Shown: positions 30,007 to 40,463, counted from the stretch's first letter. The stretch: DNA of 64,000 nucleotides from an uncultured Gammaproteobacteria bacterium (GCA_964590345.1 CAZPVP010000002.1:9945-73944), one strand, 5' to 3'. Notes: a model not told the origin generated them from the letters alone. Numbers and translations: made by a program.

Positions 30007-31032
30007 TTATTTTAATCTTTTTACCCGCCCGAAAATTCTATAACCCGAAACAGTTCCCGTATCTTTTATAAAATTCAGATGATGCCTGATAACAAATTGC
30101 AGATTATCCATGCATTTTATGGCTTGTTTTTTGTAGGCATCTAACTCATAAAGATCGTGCTTAGGATGAACCAAATTGCTTGCAGTGGTTGAGATTTCGT
30201 TTACCTTTTTTGCCGCAATTTTACTTATTGGATACTTACCTCGAAATAGAGAATAGCTACGACAAGTTTCCGCCAAATGCTCTATGCTTTTTAGTTTTTT
30301 GTTATCTTTAGCTTGCTTGTAGATATCAAATCCCCTCCCAACTTTTAGGAGAATTCGTATAAGTGCCTGCTCTGTGGCTGTACGACAAACAACAATAGAG
30401 GAATAGTAATACCCGAGGACATAAAGTTCCTGTGCATGGGAGAAAAGATCGAAATAATTACCATCGTAGACCATCACACCTCGATACCTTTGTGACACTG
30501 TTATGTGTCTTTTCCACATTGCCGGTAATTCTTTCTCAAGCCCCGTTCTCCATCCCTGCAGGAATTCACTTTTTTCTTGCCTACGCATAGTCAATGGTAG
30601 ATAACCGCCACCACGAACTTTATGCGCAGTAGTGATTTTAAATTTATTTTCAAGGTCTTTTATTTTTTTAAAATCAGCATGCCAAATCCACCAATCTTTA
30701 TTAAAACGTACTACTAAAATTGTAGCCGATTTCTTACCCAGAGTTGGATCATGCCACTTAACATTTTTAATTTCGTGCAAATCTACATTGATGGGTTTGC
30801 CAGCATTATTCGGATTAAGCTTCCTGTTTTTAAACTCAAGCATTACCTGTACCGCGTTGTCGAGAAAAATACGATGACTTCCGTCGGATAAAATTTCAAT
30901 TCCGGCGACACTAAAATCTTTCAGACCCAGTCGTTTTAATTCAGGCTCAATATATTCTTTTATGGCTTTATTGACTGCCTGGCCAAAGCTTTGATTCTTT
31001 TTTACGTTTTCGTCTAGAATAAAGATTGCCAT
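30007..31032 (-). CDS. Hypothetical protein with C-terminal DUF4145/HEPN-like domain
   Basis: YYYSSIVVCRTATEQ and ASNLVHP motifs; likely start MAIFIL at 31032. Confidence 0.55.
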   Translation of the reverse strand: MAIFILDENVKKNQSFGQAVNKAIKEYIEPELKRLGLKDFSVAGIEILSDGSHRIFLDNAVQVMLEFKNRKLNPNNAGKPINVDLHEIKNVKWHDPTLGKKSATILVVRFNKDWWIWHADFKKIKDLENKFKITTAHKVRGGGYLPLTMRRQEKSEFLQGWRTGLEKELPAMWKRHITVSQRYRGVMVYDGNYFDLFSHAQELYVLGYYYSSIVVCRTATEQALIRILLKVGRGFDIYKQAKDNKKLKSIEHLAETCRSYSLFRGKYPISKIAAKKVNEISTTASNLVHPKHDLYELDAYKKQAIKCMDNLQFVIRHHLNFIKDTGTVSGYRIFGRVKRLK

Positions 31033-31036
31033 ATTT

Positions 31037-34027
31037 TTATTTCCCCTCAACCACCTTAATCTCCTCAGGCGTCAAATTATACAACTTATAAACCTCCTGA
31101 TCAATTTCATAATCCACTGCCTCAATCTTTGTCTTGTTTTTCTCACGGGATTCAGAGGTTTTATTTAATTTAAGCATTTCATCAACAAGTTTGATTATAT
31201 TTTTACTTATCTTTTCATCAGGATCCTTGATAATTGGTAATTCCTTAAGGTATTCTATTGTTATTTGTGTTGTCAATTTCATACCTAGATTATAGGTGTA
31301 TTCATAATAAAAATTCATTAATTCTGAATTAAGAATCGCTAAAATTAGTTTTGGATTATAATCTTTTATACCAAAAATTGAATATACTGTGTTAAAAGCC
31401 AAAACATCTTTATCTTGTGTGACAAATGTACCCCCGGGTCTAGTCGCTATCCTTTTAATAAATATTCTATCTTTATTAAATGCCTCTCTTTTATAATCAA
31501 CACCTTTTAGAGACTCCTGAATATAATAAAAATCATTAATATAATATTTTTTCAATTCTTTACCCGAAATACATTTTATTTTATATTTATCTGTTTCTAT
31601 ATCAGAACTAATACATATACCTTTTTTATTTTTAATTAATCTCTTGCAATTCTTGCAATAATTACTAGCTTTTAGATTATAGTACTTCTCGCTCAATTCA
31701 TTATATACTCCACAACTATCACATTTTATCAAATTTGTTTTTTGACCTAATTCTATACCTCGTTTAATATCTGCTATTTCTTTAAGTTTTACACTAACCT
31801 TGTTAATTGTATTTAATAAATCTTGTTTCTCTTTGGTAATATCAAAAGAAAAAGCTTGAACTGGATTTTTTGAAAAAATATTCTGATTAATTGCGTGACT
31901 GGATACTAAATTACCATCAAAAATCTTTTCAATTATTGTCAGTGCTTTGGATTTAGATTTTGAGATTATGGGGCAGATACAATCAGATGCTACCCCAGGA
32001 AATTTACCGAAATCAATAAATTTAAATAATTGCCAATCATCTAAAATTTTACTTCTTATTATTTTATAAGAAGTATTTTTTATAAAAACTTTTGGAATTA
32101 ATATCCCCATTAATCCATTTGGATTTGTAATATTCACTGATTCTAAAACAAACGGTGCGAAAAGGTTTAAATTTTTAGTATCGATAATATAAGCATTGTT
32201 AATATAATCGGTAATTTCAATAGGCATTTTAGAACTCCATGGTGGATTACCGATCACCGCATCAAATCCGCCGTCCTTAAAAATCTCGCAAAAAGCCACT
32301 GAATAATTAAAAGGCTTTATTTTTTCCAAGTTTTTAAAATATTGTTTCAGGCCATCGTTTAACTTGCCATTAATCAATGTTTCAAATTTTTTAATTTCAA
32401 CCAGTAAATCTTTTTTCTCATCATTGGCTTCAGCTTGATAAAATTTTTCTTTCAGTTCGGTTAATTTAGCAATTTCTGTTTTATAATCATCAAACAAATT
32501 AAGATTCTGTTCTTTTTCTTTAAGCTTTTCTCCGCCAATTAAAGAATTACCGCAACGGATATTTAAATTTAAATTAGGCAAAAGATGCTTACCTTTTAAT
32601 TCTGCAGGGTTAACGCCTTCCAAAGCTTTGATCATTAAATTAAGCTTGGTAATTTCAATCGCTTTAGGGTCAAGATCAACACCAAAAAGATTTTTTTGCA
32701 AAACTTTTTTCCTAAAATCAAAACTCAAAAGCCCGCCTTCTTTGGAAACTTCCAAATATTTATTATAAATCTCTTCAAAAGCGCGAATTAAAAAAGAACC
32801 AGAACCACATGCCGGATCCAAAACTTTTATTTTTTCTACATCTTCAACTGTTTTGCATTTTTTTAATAATTCCCCAACAGTATTTTTAACTATGTAATCA
32901 ACAATATAAGCGGGCGTATAATAAATGCCTTGGGATTTACGTTTTGATTTTTGCTTTTGCTTTAGAGTGTCTTCCCTCTTAATATTGCCTTTGGCAATTT
33001 CACCTAAATAATTCTCATAAACTTCGCCGATTATATGGACACTTAATTTGCTAAAATCAATTTTTTTAAGCTCATTAATAATCTTTATAATTATTTCATC
33101 ATTAATTTTCAATTCATCAGCATCATTAGGTTCAAAAAGTTCAGTGTTGAATTTTTCGTCCATTGCTCTAAAAATTGACTTTAATTCTTCGTATTTTAAC
33201 TGCTTGGACTGCAAGACTGAATCCAAATAATCCTGTGAAATAATATTCCTGTCGCTGCATAAATCAATAAAAATCAAACGATCAATAATTTTCTGGGACA
33301 TTAATTCTGAATCATACTTAGGATAATTTTTAATAATAAAAGCACGCAATTTGGCGCGCCAATTTTTAATTTTATTAAAAAAATCTTTTTTAATCTTATC
33401 CTGTTCAAGATCCAATTGTTCAGGATAATAAATCGGATCAGAATCAATAATGCCGTTTTTTCTAGTTAATTCTGATTTTGATAATTGGCTTAAAAAATTC
33501 AAGCCTTCATCTGACAATAAATCAATATAATATCTTTTATCAGCATTATCCCATAATAAATCATGAAACGCATATTTTCTTTCTTTATATAAACGTCCGT
33601 GCTGGACACTGTATAAACGCCACTCAATAAAATTGGTTAAAACTCCCCAATACAAACCTTCACCGTGGCAATAATTAAATAATTGCTGGGTAAACGGCTT
33701 GTTGCCATAAGAGCCGTCAAGTTTGTCTTTACTAGAAGCATCTTTAGATTCAATCACTAAAAGCTTAGAGCCGGTATCGGATTTTAAAATAATATCAGGA
33801 TTTTTACCGGTTTTAACATCCTGTGCAGTATCCAAAACCCAATTAGAACTATCCCAGCCTAATATTTTAAGCAATTCAATAGTAAAACTGGTTTGAATGT
33901 CTTGTTCGCGTTTTGACCAGCCGTCCTGCGTCTTAAATTTATCAACCAATGCCTGAATCTGCTTTTTTAATTTCGCCTGTTCCAATTCAAGATTTGGCGT
34001 GTTTAATATTATTTTCTTTTTATCCAT
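31037..34027 (-). CDS. Type IIG restriction-modification enzyme (Eco57I/TaqI-like fused REase-MTase-TRD); likely start 34027
   Basis: PDIIL...IESK nuclease motif, GIYYTP, DPACGSGSF, GNPPW, TaqI-C-like ILNS region. Confidence 0.9.
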   Translation of the reverse strand: MDKKKIILNTPNLELEQAKLKKQIQALVDKFKTQDGWSKREQDIQTSFTIELLKILGWDSSNWVLDTAQDVKTGKNPDIILKSDTGSKLLVIESKDASSKDKLDGSYGNKPFTQQLFNYCHGEGLYWGVLTNFIEWRLYSVQHGRLYKERKYAFHDLLWDNADKRYYIDLLSDEGLNFLSQLSKSELTRKNGIIDSDPIYYPEQLDLEQDKIKKDFFNKIKNWRAKLRAFIIKNYPKYDSELMSQKIIDRLIFIDLCSDRNIISQDYLDSVLQSKQLKYEELKSIFRAMDEKFNTELFEPNDADELKINDEIIIKIINELKKIDFSKLSVHIIGEVYENYLGEIAKGNIKREDTLKQKQKSKRKSQGIYYTPAYIVDYIVKNTVGELLKKCKTVEDVEKIKVLDPACGSGSFLIRAFEEIYNKYLEVSKEGGLLSFDFRKKVLQKNLFGVDLDPKAIEITKLNLMIKALEGVNPAELKGKHLLPNLNLNIRCGNSLIGGEKLKEKEQNLNLFDDYKTEIAKLTELKEKFYQAEANDEKKDLLVEIKKFETLINGKLNDGLKQYFKNLEKIKPFNYSVAFCEIFKDGGFDAVIGNPPWSSKMPIEITDYINNAYIIDTKNLNLFAPFVLESVNITNPNGLMGILIPKVFIKNTSYKIIRSKILDDWQLFKFIDFGKFPGVASDCICPIISKSKSKALTIIEKIFDGNLVSSHAINQNIFSKNPVQAFSFDITKEKQDLLNTINKVSVKLKEIADIKRGIELGQKTNLIKCDSCGVYNELSEKYYNLKASNYCKNCKRLIKNKKGICISSDIETDKYKIKCISGKELKKYYINDFYYIQESLKGVDYKREAFNKDRIFIKRIATRPGGTFVTQDKDVLAFNTVYSIFGIKDYNPKLILAILNSELMNFYYEYTYNLGMKLTTQITIEYLKELPIIKDPDEKISKNIIKLVDEMLKLNKTSESREKNKTKIEAVDYEIDQEVYKLYNLTPEEIKVVEGK

Positions 34028-34050
34028 AAAGATAGTTGTAATAACCACTA

Positions 34051-34150
34051 TTGACAAATAAAGTGGTGTAATAGATAATTAAATTAGAAGTAAGTCCTCT
34101 TGCGTTGGGATACCGGATGGCGTCCCGCTAAAGCAAGGGGTTTTCTATTT
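34051..34150 (+). ncRNA. Putative small RNA convergent with the DUF3800 pseudogene
   Basis: TTGACA-N17-GATAAT, then nested hairpin CCTCTTGC..GGGATACC-GGAT-GGCGTCCC..GCAAGGGG plus T-tract abutting the DUF3800 stop. Confidence 0.6.
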
Positions 34151-34761
34151 AAAGAGAAAATTTTCAGAGATTATTTTCTCTTTTATTATATTGTAATAAT
34201 CATAATCATTTATCTCGTATTTCCTAAATATTGCCCAAGAAATAAAATCTACAGCTTGAAGACTTTTTTCATTATATGCTTTACTAATTCTAATATTAAC
34301 TAAATCTTGTTTCCAGTTCTTTACGCCACCATTTAAATAATTAAGAAAATTTTTATTTAAAAACTTATTAGTTTCTCGCTGATGAAAACAAATATCAATA
34401 TTATTCCATTCTTCAAGAACCTTTGTTTTATGCAATCTATCCAATAAAATATTAGTAACATAATTATATAAAACTTGTTTTTGATCTCTCAGTCTGGTGT
34501 GTACTTTTGTTTTATTTAAAATTACCGATAGTATCTGAATTCAATCCTTGCAAAACTCTTTTTCTGGTAATTTCTTTTTCATGATAGGCATGTAAAATAG
34601 AAACTTTACAATATTTTTTTCTAAGTCCTTTATGCACCTTTTTTAACACACTTTTCCATTTTTCTATGCTTTAAAGTCAAAACAATGGTTACAATAAACC
34701 ATTTACTTGATTTTTTACTAAAACCTAAATCACCGCTTTCATCAAAAAATGTTTTTAACAT
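34145..34761 (-). pseudogene. DUF3800-family gene with at least two frameshifts
   Basis: MLKTFFDESGDLG start; extra A in the run at about 34640; second shift near 34540; C-terminal LQAVDFISWAIFRKYE. Confidence 0.8.
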
Positions 34762-34886
34762 AAACATATATTAAAATTACTATTATTTTACCTTTATTAT
34801 CAGCCAAAAGTCAATTAAACTGCGGCAAGCAAAAAAGCCGGCAAAAAACCGACTTATTTGCTCCCCTCTGTTTTATTAAAATACGA

Positions 34887-35585
34887 TTATTTATTATTGT
34901 TATTTTTATTTTTTTCCAATTCCCTTTCCTCTTCTTTTAATTCTTTTTCAGCTACTTTTTTTTCTGGATAAAACCTCAATAAAGAAAAAACAACCAAACT
35001 GCCTAATAAAATACCGAACAAATTAATTAAAAACAAAGCAATTGAGCCTGACAAAACCTCTAAATTCCAAAAAGCTATGCCAATACCAATCACTGATAAC
35101 GGCGGCAATAAAGCAATCGCCACTGCCACACCGACCAAATGTTTTGAAAATTCTTCTTTGCTAAAAGCAAAAGCAGCGGCAATACCCGAAGCTAAAGCTA
35201 CGCCAAAATAAATAAAATTGGGATGAATACGCGAAATAATCTCATTATTTGGTGTTTTGTCAACCATAAAAAATGCAAAAATTAAAGAAATTGCCACAAC
35301 ACAAACAATGGCAATTGCTAGCACTCTTAAAGAGCGCAGAATTAATTTTCCATCAGCCATAACAATGCCCATGCTAATGGCCAAAATAGGCGAAAGCAAT
35401 GGTGAAACAAGCATACCGCCTATCACTATTGCAGCACTATTTAATAAAAGCCCAAAAGTCGTAATAACAGCTGATAAAATTAAAATCAAAAAAAATGAAT
35501 GAGTTGGCGAGCTGGATTCAATTAAATCTTCAACTGTCTGCTTTCTTTTTTTTGAACTGATTTTTAAAAGCTCTATTTCTGCCAT
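34887..35585 (-). CDS. DUF389/TIGR00341 family membrane protein
   Basis: AIVIGGMLVSPLLSPI, GVAVAIALLPPL. Confidence 0.9.
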   Translation of the reverse strand: MAEIELLKISSKKRKQTVEDLIESSSPTHSFFLILILSAVITTFGLLLNSAAIVIGGMLVSPLLSPILAISMGIVMADGKLILRSLRVLAIAIVCVVAISLIFAFFMVDKTPNNEIISRIHPNFIYFGVALASGIAAAFAFSKEEFSKHLVGVAVAIALLPPLSVIGIGIAFWNLEVLSGSIALFLINLFGILLGSLVVFSLLRFYPEKKVAEKELKEEERELEKNKNNNNK

Positions 35586-35717
35586 AAAATTCTTTAATTA
35601 TAATTAGTTAATTGTCTTTAATTATAACATAAATTACTTAAAATTAAAATAAATTTGCCATTTTTAAAAAATAGTGATAAATTATGATTATAACCTAAAA
35701 AAGGAGGGAAAATAAAA

Positions 35718-35939
35718 ATGGAAGGAACTTCAAAATCATCCAAACCATGTGCCAGATGCGGCAAACAATTTGTTCCAACAGCGGAAAGAAAATTAACTTG
35801 CGAATCTTGCTATAAAATAAATTCACAATTTCCGCCTTTTGCCGAAGAACAAAATTCAACAAAGAGAAAAGGCGCGCCAATGCAAGATGATTCTGTTTTA
35901 AAAAGAATTCATATTTCCCCGACAAAAATATCAAGATAA
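35718..35939 (+). CDS. Small zinc-ribbon protein
   Basis: CARC-x13-CESC; AGGAGG RBS; terminator hairpin near 35958. Confidence 0.6.
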   Translation: MEGTSKSSKPCARCGKQFVPTAERKLTCESCYKINSQFPPFAEEQNSTKRKGAPMQDDSVLKRIHISPTKISR

Positions 35940-36087
35940 ATCTATTTTATTAAATTAAATCCCTTATCACAAGGGGTTTTTTTATTTGATCTTGTCGTTC
36001 CTGCCAAAGGCAGACAAGCGCGAACGACAAGGTTGATATTTTATTCTAAAGATATTAAAGTAATAGAAATTTTACAAGGAGGGTAAA

Positions 36088-36552
36088 ATGAGTATATTTG
36101 ATAATAGTATTATTTGGGAAGAAAATGAATATAAAAAATTAGAGCCAGGAATTCGCCGAATAGTTAAAGCCTTACACAAATTAAGAATTCGGACTAAAAT
36201 GTCATGCGAGGGGCATATCAGAGAAAAATGGTATTTTACTGGGATTTTGCCTTATCCATGGGTAATAATAAAACCTTTAGAAAAACAACTGGGTAAAATA
36301 AAAAAAGTTTTAAATACCTGGAACAAGCAAAATCCGGAGGATAAATGGGTATTAACTAGAGAAAGAATTCATGGTTCCTACACTCCGGATTATATTGAAT
36401 ATAAAATTAAAAATCATGAACCTATAGGTACAGTATTTCTGGCTTTAACGCCTGAAAAAGAAAATAACAATTTATCAGCAGAAAAACTAAAACAGCTGCA
36501 AAAAAATGCTAATAAATTAGCCAAGTTTTTATTAAGCAAAACCACCGAATAA
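36088..36552 (+). CDS. Hypothetical protein with SCEGH motif
   Basis: 154-aa ORF with AGGAGG RBS; TKMSCEGH...PWV. Confidence 0.65.
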   Translation: MSIFDNSIIWEENEYKKLEPGIRRIVKALHKLRIRTKMSCEGHIREKWYFTGILPYPWVIIKPLEKQLGKIKKVLNTWNKQNPEDKWVLTRERIHGSYTPDYIEYKIKNHEPIGTVFLALTPEKENNNLSAEKLKQLQKNANKLAKFLLSKTTE

Positions 36553-36564
36553 TTTTTGGTGGTT

Positions 36565-38229
36565 TTATTTATTCAGACTTTTTAATTGACCCTGCTCAAA
36601 AATTAAAATATTAACATTTTCCTCCCCTGCCGGAATAAAATTCCCCTGCTCATCTTTTAAAATCAAACGAATCGTATTTGAGGTATAAGTCGGATAATCA
36701 TAATTCCAGAGCTCAAAAATATAATCATCAGTTTCCCGGCGGTCAAAACCCGTCACCCCATTTTTCTTATCAAATGTTTCGGCAATATAACCGCCAGTTG
36801 GGTATGAACCCCAGTATAAAATTTTATCTTGATAATTATCACGATTTAAACGCAAATAAGCATTTAACAATACAGCATTCAGATTATAATCCGGATAATA
36901 TAAATTAATCGCTTGTTTAATGCCGTTTCTTAAAACTTGGGCGCCCTCTAAATTATCCGGCAAAGCCGCAAAATATAATTTTTCATCAGTTTTATTTAAA
37001 TCAACTATTTGCGAAAAATCATTTTTAATTATTTTTTCAGTTAAATCAGCGGCAATATTCCAATTATAGTTTTTATTAATTAAAAAGAAAGCAAAATAAA
37101 TTATTAAACCAGCAATAATTAAATTCCGCAAAAATTTATCTTTCTTAATCTGCCAAATCAGCAAGCTTAACAAAAGGCAAAAAGCAACAGAAGGCAAATA
37201 ATTATAACGCTCCCCTTCGTCAGTAAAATAATTAAAGCCCAAAAACAAGACAGGTAAAATTAAAATAATATAAGTATCAATTAAAAACGCGGCTTTAAAA
37301 AAATATTTACGGCAAGAATATAAAATCAAAATAACCAGTAAAATAATTAAAAGAACAAAAAACAATTTATTAGCCGCAAAATATTCAGTCAGATAAGCCC
37401 TTAGCCGGCCATAAAACAATAAGTCAGTTGTCAAAGCAGCCAGCATGGTGAAAATTTTAGAAAAATTCAATTCAAACTGTTGTCTGGCATAATAGCCAAA
37501 AGCCAAACCAATTGCCAAATAACGAATTAAAAAATACAAAATTAAAATCAGCCAATAGCCAAAGGGGTACAAAATTATATTCTGCCATTTAAACTTATTT
37601 TTACGCAGCGCTTCATAAAGCTCCCAAACGACAATCAAAATCGGCAAAGTAATAGCTATTTCCTTAGTCAAAAGAGCAATAATAAAACTTAAGACCGAAA
37701 TTAATAAAGCGGCAAAACTTTGTTTTTTGCGGAATATTAAATACAAATAAAAAGCCAGCAAATAAAAAAATGAAGCCACTGGATCAGCAATTGCCGCTAC
37801 CCAAACAACCGCTTCACTATGATTTGGCAATAAACTAAAAAAAACAGCAGCTAAAATGGCTATTTTATTTTTAGCTTTAAACTTTTCAAACAATAAAAGA
37901 GCTAATAAATAAACTAAAAAGCAAACGCCAATATGAAAAATCAGATTAACAATATGAAAGCCCAAATAATTTAAGCCAAAAATTTTATAATTCAAAAGAA
38001 AAATAACGGTTACTAACGGCCGGTAAGCGCCTCCCTCACCTTGAATGCCATAATAATTGCCAGTAAAATAATCGGTCAAGGAATGCTCGCTAAATTTAAC
38101 CAAATACAGCCAGTCAAAATCATCGGAAACAAAAAAGTCATTCAGATTTAATGAAAAAAAAGCCAAATTAATAATAATTAAGCACAATAGAACTAATAAA
38201 TGAAATTTATATTTTTTAAGCATGGTCAT
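36565..38229 (-). CDS. GT-C fold (PMT-like) membrane glycosyltransferase
   Basis: SDDF, YRPL, HSEAVVW, LTKE, ERYNYLPS; more than 10 TM segments. Confidence 0.8.
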   Translation of the reverse strand: MTMLKKYKFHLLVLLCLIIINLAFFSLNLNDFFVSDDFDWLYLVKFSEHSLTDYFTGNYYGIQGEGGAYRPLVTVIFLLNYKIFGLNYLGFHIVNLIFHIGVCFLVYLLALLLFEKFKAKNKIAILAAVFFSLLPNHSEAVVWVAAIADPVASFFYLLAFYLYLIFRKKQSFAALLISVLSFIIALLTKEIAITLPILIVVWELYEALRKNKFKWQNIILYPFGYWLILILYFLIRYLAIGLAFGYYARQQFELNFSKIFTMLAALTTDLLFYGRLRAYLTEYFAANKLFFVLLIILLVILILYSCRKYFFKAAFLIDTYIILILPVLFLGFNYFTDEGERYNYLPSVAFCLLLSLLIWQIKKDKFLRNLIIAGLIIYFAFFLINKNYNWNIAADLTEKIIKNDFSQIVDLNKTDEKLYFAALPDNLEGAQVLRNGIKQAINLYYPDYNLNAVLLNAYLRLNRDNYQDKILYWGSYPTGGYIAETFDKKNGVTGFDRRETDDYIFELWNYDYPTYTSNTIRLILKDEQGNFIPAGEENVNILIFEQGQLKSLNK

Positions 38230-38292
38230 TTTAAAATTATTTTATTATAAAAAATTTTAATTTACTTCGGCTATAATAGCCAAGACAACGCT

Positions 38293-39024
38293 TTATTTAT
38301 CAATAAGCCGCAACAATGGTTCCTCCCAGCCAAAACAAGTTCTTATGCCAGTTAGCTTTTTAAAAGCTTTAAGGCAGTTTTTATCCAGTTTGGCAAATTG
38401 CTCAAGGACATAAACAACATCTTCCATAAACCCGCCTACTGTGCCGTTGGAATCATCAACGCCGCCGGTGCAAAGTTTTTTATCTAATCGTAACAGCAAA
38501 TCAACCAATAACTTGGCGGTTTGTTGGCTGACCGGCAAATCTGAAACAATGGCTGATAAACGGTTGCAACCTTCTGAAAGCGAATTTTGGTAAGCGAACC
38601 AAATTCTGGAAGGACCGTTATACGGCTTTATAAATTTCATGGCAGACGTAATCGTTTCTTTAACTTTCTTCAATTCTTCCGCGCTTAATTCGCCCAAAAC
38701 TCTGCTGCATTTGGGGCTGTCAATTAATTCCTTATCTTCTTTTTTAAGAAGTTTGCCTCTTAAAATAGCGTAAATCGCCAAAGCTACCATGTGCTTGCAT
38801 AAAGTATCATTTTGGCCAAGATAGCAGTCGCAACTGCCTTTGTCATAATATTTATGCGAAACATATACATGGTAGGGCTGTCCGCCAAGCACAATAGCCG
38901 AGAAGCCAAAAGGATCTTCCTTAAATTGAGTCACTTTGCCTGCTTCATACAAACCAACGGCTCTTTCAAATGTGGGCCGGTCAGTGGCGAATTTTATTTT
39001 ATCCAAATCAAAAGCTGGTTTCAT
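38293..39024 (-). CDS. SWIM zinc finger protein
   Basis: FERA..LY, CDC-x8-CKH, DDSNG. Confidence 0.8.
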   Translation of the reverse strand: MKPAFDLDKIKFATDRPTFERAVGLYEAGKVTQFKEDPFGFSAIVLGGQPYHVYVSHKYYDKGSCDCYLGQNDTLCKHMVALAIYAILRGKLLKKEDKELIDSPKCSRVLGELSAEELKKVKETITSAMKFIKPYNGPSRIWFAYQNSLSEGCNRLSAIVSDLPVSQQTAKLLVDLLLRLDKKLCTGGVDDSNGTVGGFMEDVVYVLEQFAKLDKNCLKAFKKLTGIRTCFGWEEPLLRLIDK

Positions 39025-39045
39025 TTATTTTAAAATTATTTAAAT

Positions 39046-40374
39046 TTATCTTTTCTCAATATCCTCTTCAACTTTTCTCTTTGCTTCTTCTAATAGTTCT
39101 TTGGCTTCCCAACGTAATTTAAATGATTCCCCTACCATTTTAGCGATTTTTTGTTGAGTTTTGAGAGGTAAAATTGGAATCAAAGTATTTTCAACCTGAT
39201 CCGGCCGCCAGTGATTAATAATTGACCCGCCTGCATCTCGATCAATTTGCATCTGGCAAATCAAAGAATTTAAAACCAAAGTTAAATATTGAGGATTTAA
39301 ATTTTTATCTTTAACCTTTAATCGCAAAATTCCGCCGGAAATAATGCCTTCCTTATCTTCATTCAAATAAATTGCAATGCCAGGTGTAGCATCTTTGCTT
39401 AATAAAATTTCGCCTTTTTGCGGCTGATATTTATCTTTTAATTCGCCGTATAATTTATCACTTAAAAATTGCTGATTATTATCATTAATACCAAATTTTG
39501 ACATATTGGAAACACGAATAAAAGGCTTGCCTTCTTCCTGATAAACATCGCTCCCGGACTCAATCCCTTTTAGAGATTCAACTAAATTACCCAACTTTTC
39601 TTTTTTAACTTTAATTTTACTTAAAATTTTCTCAAACTTAGGCTGGAAATATTCAGCATCAATCCGCCCTGCTTGTTGGCAGTCTTTTAAAGTAGTGGCA
39701 TAAGCCAAATCATCTTCAAGCTTTAAATCTTTAATACTCAATTCTTCAAGCAATAAAGCTTCGGCTTGAGAGTAAAAGAATTTGGATTTTGCTATTTTCT
39801 CAAAAACTTCTTTTACTATTTTTTTGATGTTTTGTTCATTTTTAACATAAAAAGGCAAATTCATTATATCTTCTTCCGTAACTGCCGGATACATACTAGC
39901 TGATGTCAATCTATCTAAAAGTGTTATTACATGATTTGTTTTTAAATAAGCAAATAAATACTCTGAAGAAACTTTTTGTGGCCATATATCACAAAATCCA
40001 CTTGAAGCGACAAATCCATCATCCTCTTTTTGTATTAAAGAAACAGCATTTCTATTAGGTCTAACAGTTGAAACTAACACATCGCCACTCTTAACAACTT
40101 TTTGCGCTCTATCTGGGGCGTCTTCTCCCATTATTTGTTTAGCATCAAAAGTCCCGTCATTTAAATTAATTTCAGAAATTTCAATATAATTAAAAATTTC
40201 TCCCTTTTTGGGTTTGAATCTTCTAGTAACATTTTTAGTATAATTATTTAATTTCTTGTCGGTTAATTTATTTAATTTTTTAATCAAATCTAAATACTCC
40301 GGCTGATAATATTCAGCATCTAGTCTTAAAGCACCTTCAAGATAATTTTTTTTAATTATTGAATAAGTTGACAT
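39046..40374 (-). CDS. Restriction-modification specificity (S) subunit with two TRDs
   Basis: Internal repeat RLDAEYYQP / RIDAEYFQP, GDVLVSTVRP, SMYPAV, IPILP..QQKI. Confidence 0.9.
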   Translation of the reverse strand: MSTYSIIKKNYLEGALRLDAEYYQPEYLDLIKKLNKLTDKKLNNYTKNVTRRFKPKKGEIFNYIEISEINLNDGTFDAKQIMGEDAPDRAQKVVKSGDVLVSTVRPNRNAVSLIQKEDDGFVASSGFCDIWPQKVSSEYLFAYLKTNHVITLLDRLTSASMYPAVTEEDIMNLPFYVKNEQNIKKIVKEVFEKIAKSKFFYSQAEALLLEELSIKDLKLEDDLAYATTLKDCQQAGRIDAEYFQPKFEKILSKIKVKKEKLGNLVESLKGIESGSDVYQEEGKPFIRVSNMSKFGINDNNQQFLSDKLYGELKDKYQPQKGEILLSKDATPGIAIYLNEDKEGIISGGILRLKVKDKNLNPQYLTLVLNSLICQMQIDRDAGGSIINHWRPDQVENTLIPILPLKTQQKIAKMVGESFKLRWEAKELLEEAKRKVEEDIEKR

Positions 40375-40384
40375 AATTTATTAT

Positions 40385-40450
40385 TTAGTCCTCTTGTGGT
40401 GAGCTTGTCGAACCATCAAGTTGAGATTTTTTGATTATTGAGTAGGTCAT
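40385..40450 (-). repeat. Truncated duplicate of the S-subunit 5' end (MTYSIIKKSQLDG...) fused to a REP-like palindrome
   Basis: First 24 nt identical to the start of the 40973 ORF; GTGGTGAGCTTGTCGAACCAT at 40396-40416. Confidence 0.85.
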
Positions 40451-40463
40451 TTATTTACTATAA

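Noticed and set aside
34100-34303. 67-aa plus-strand ORF downstream of the 34051 promoter
   Set aside because: TTG start lies inside the hairpin, no RBS, and it runs antisense through DUF3800; an RNA explains the region better
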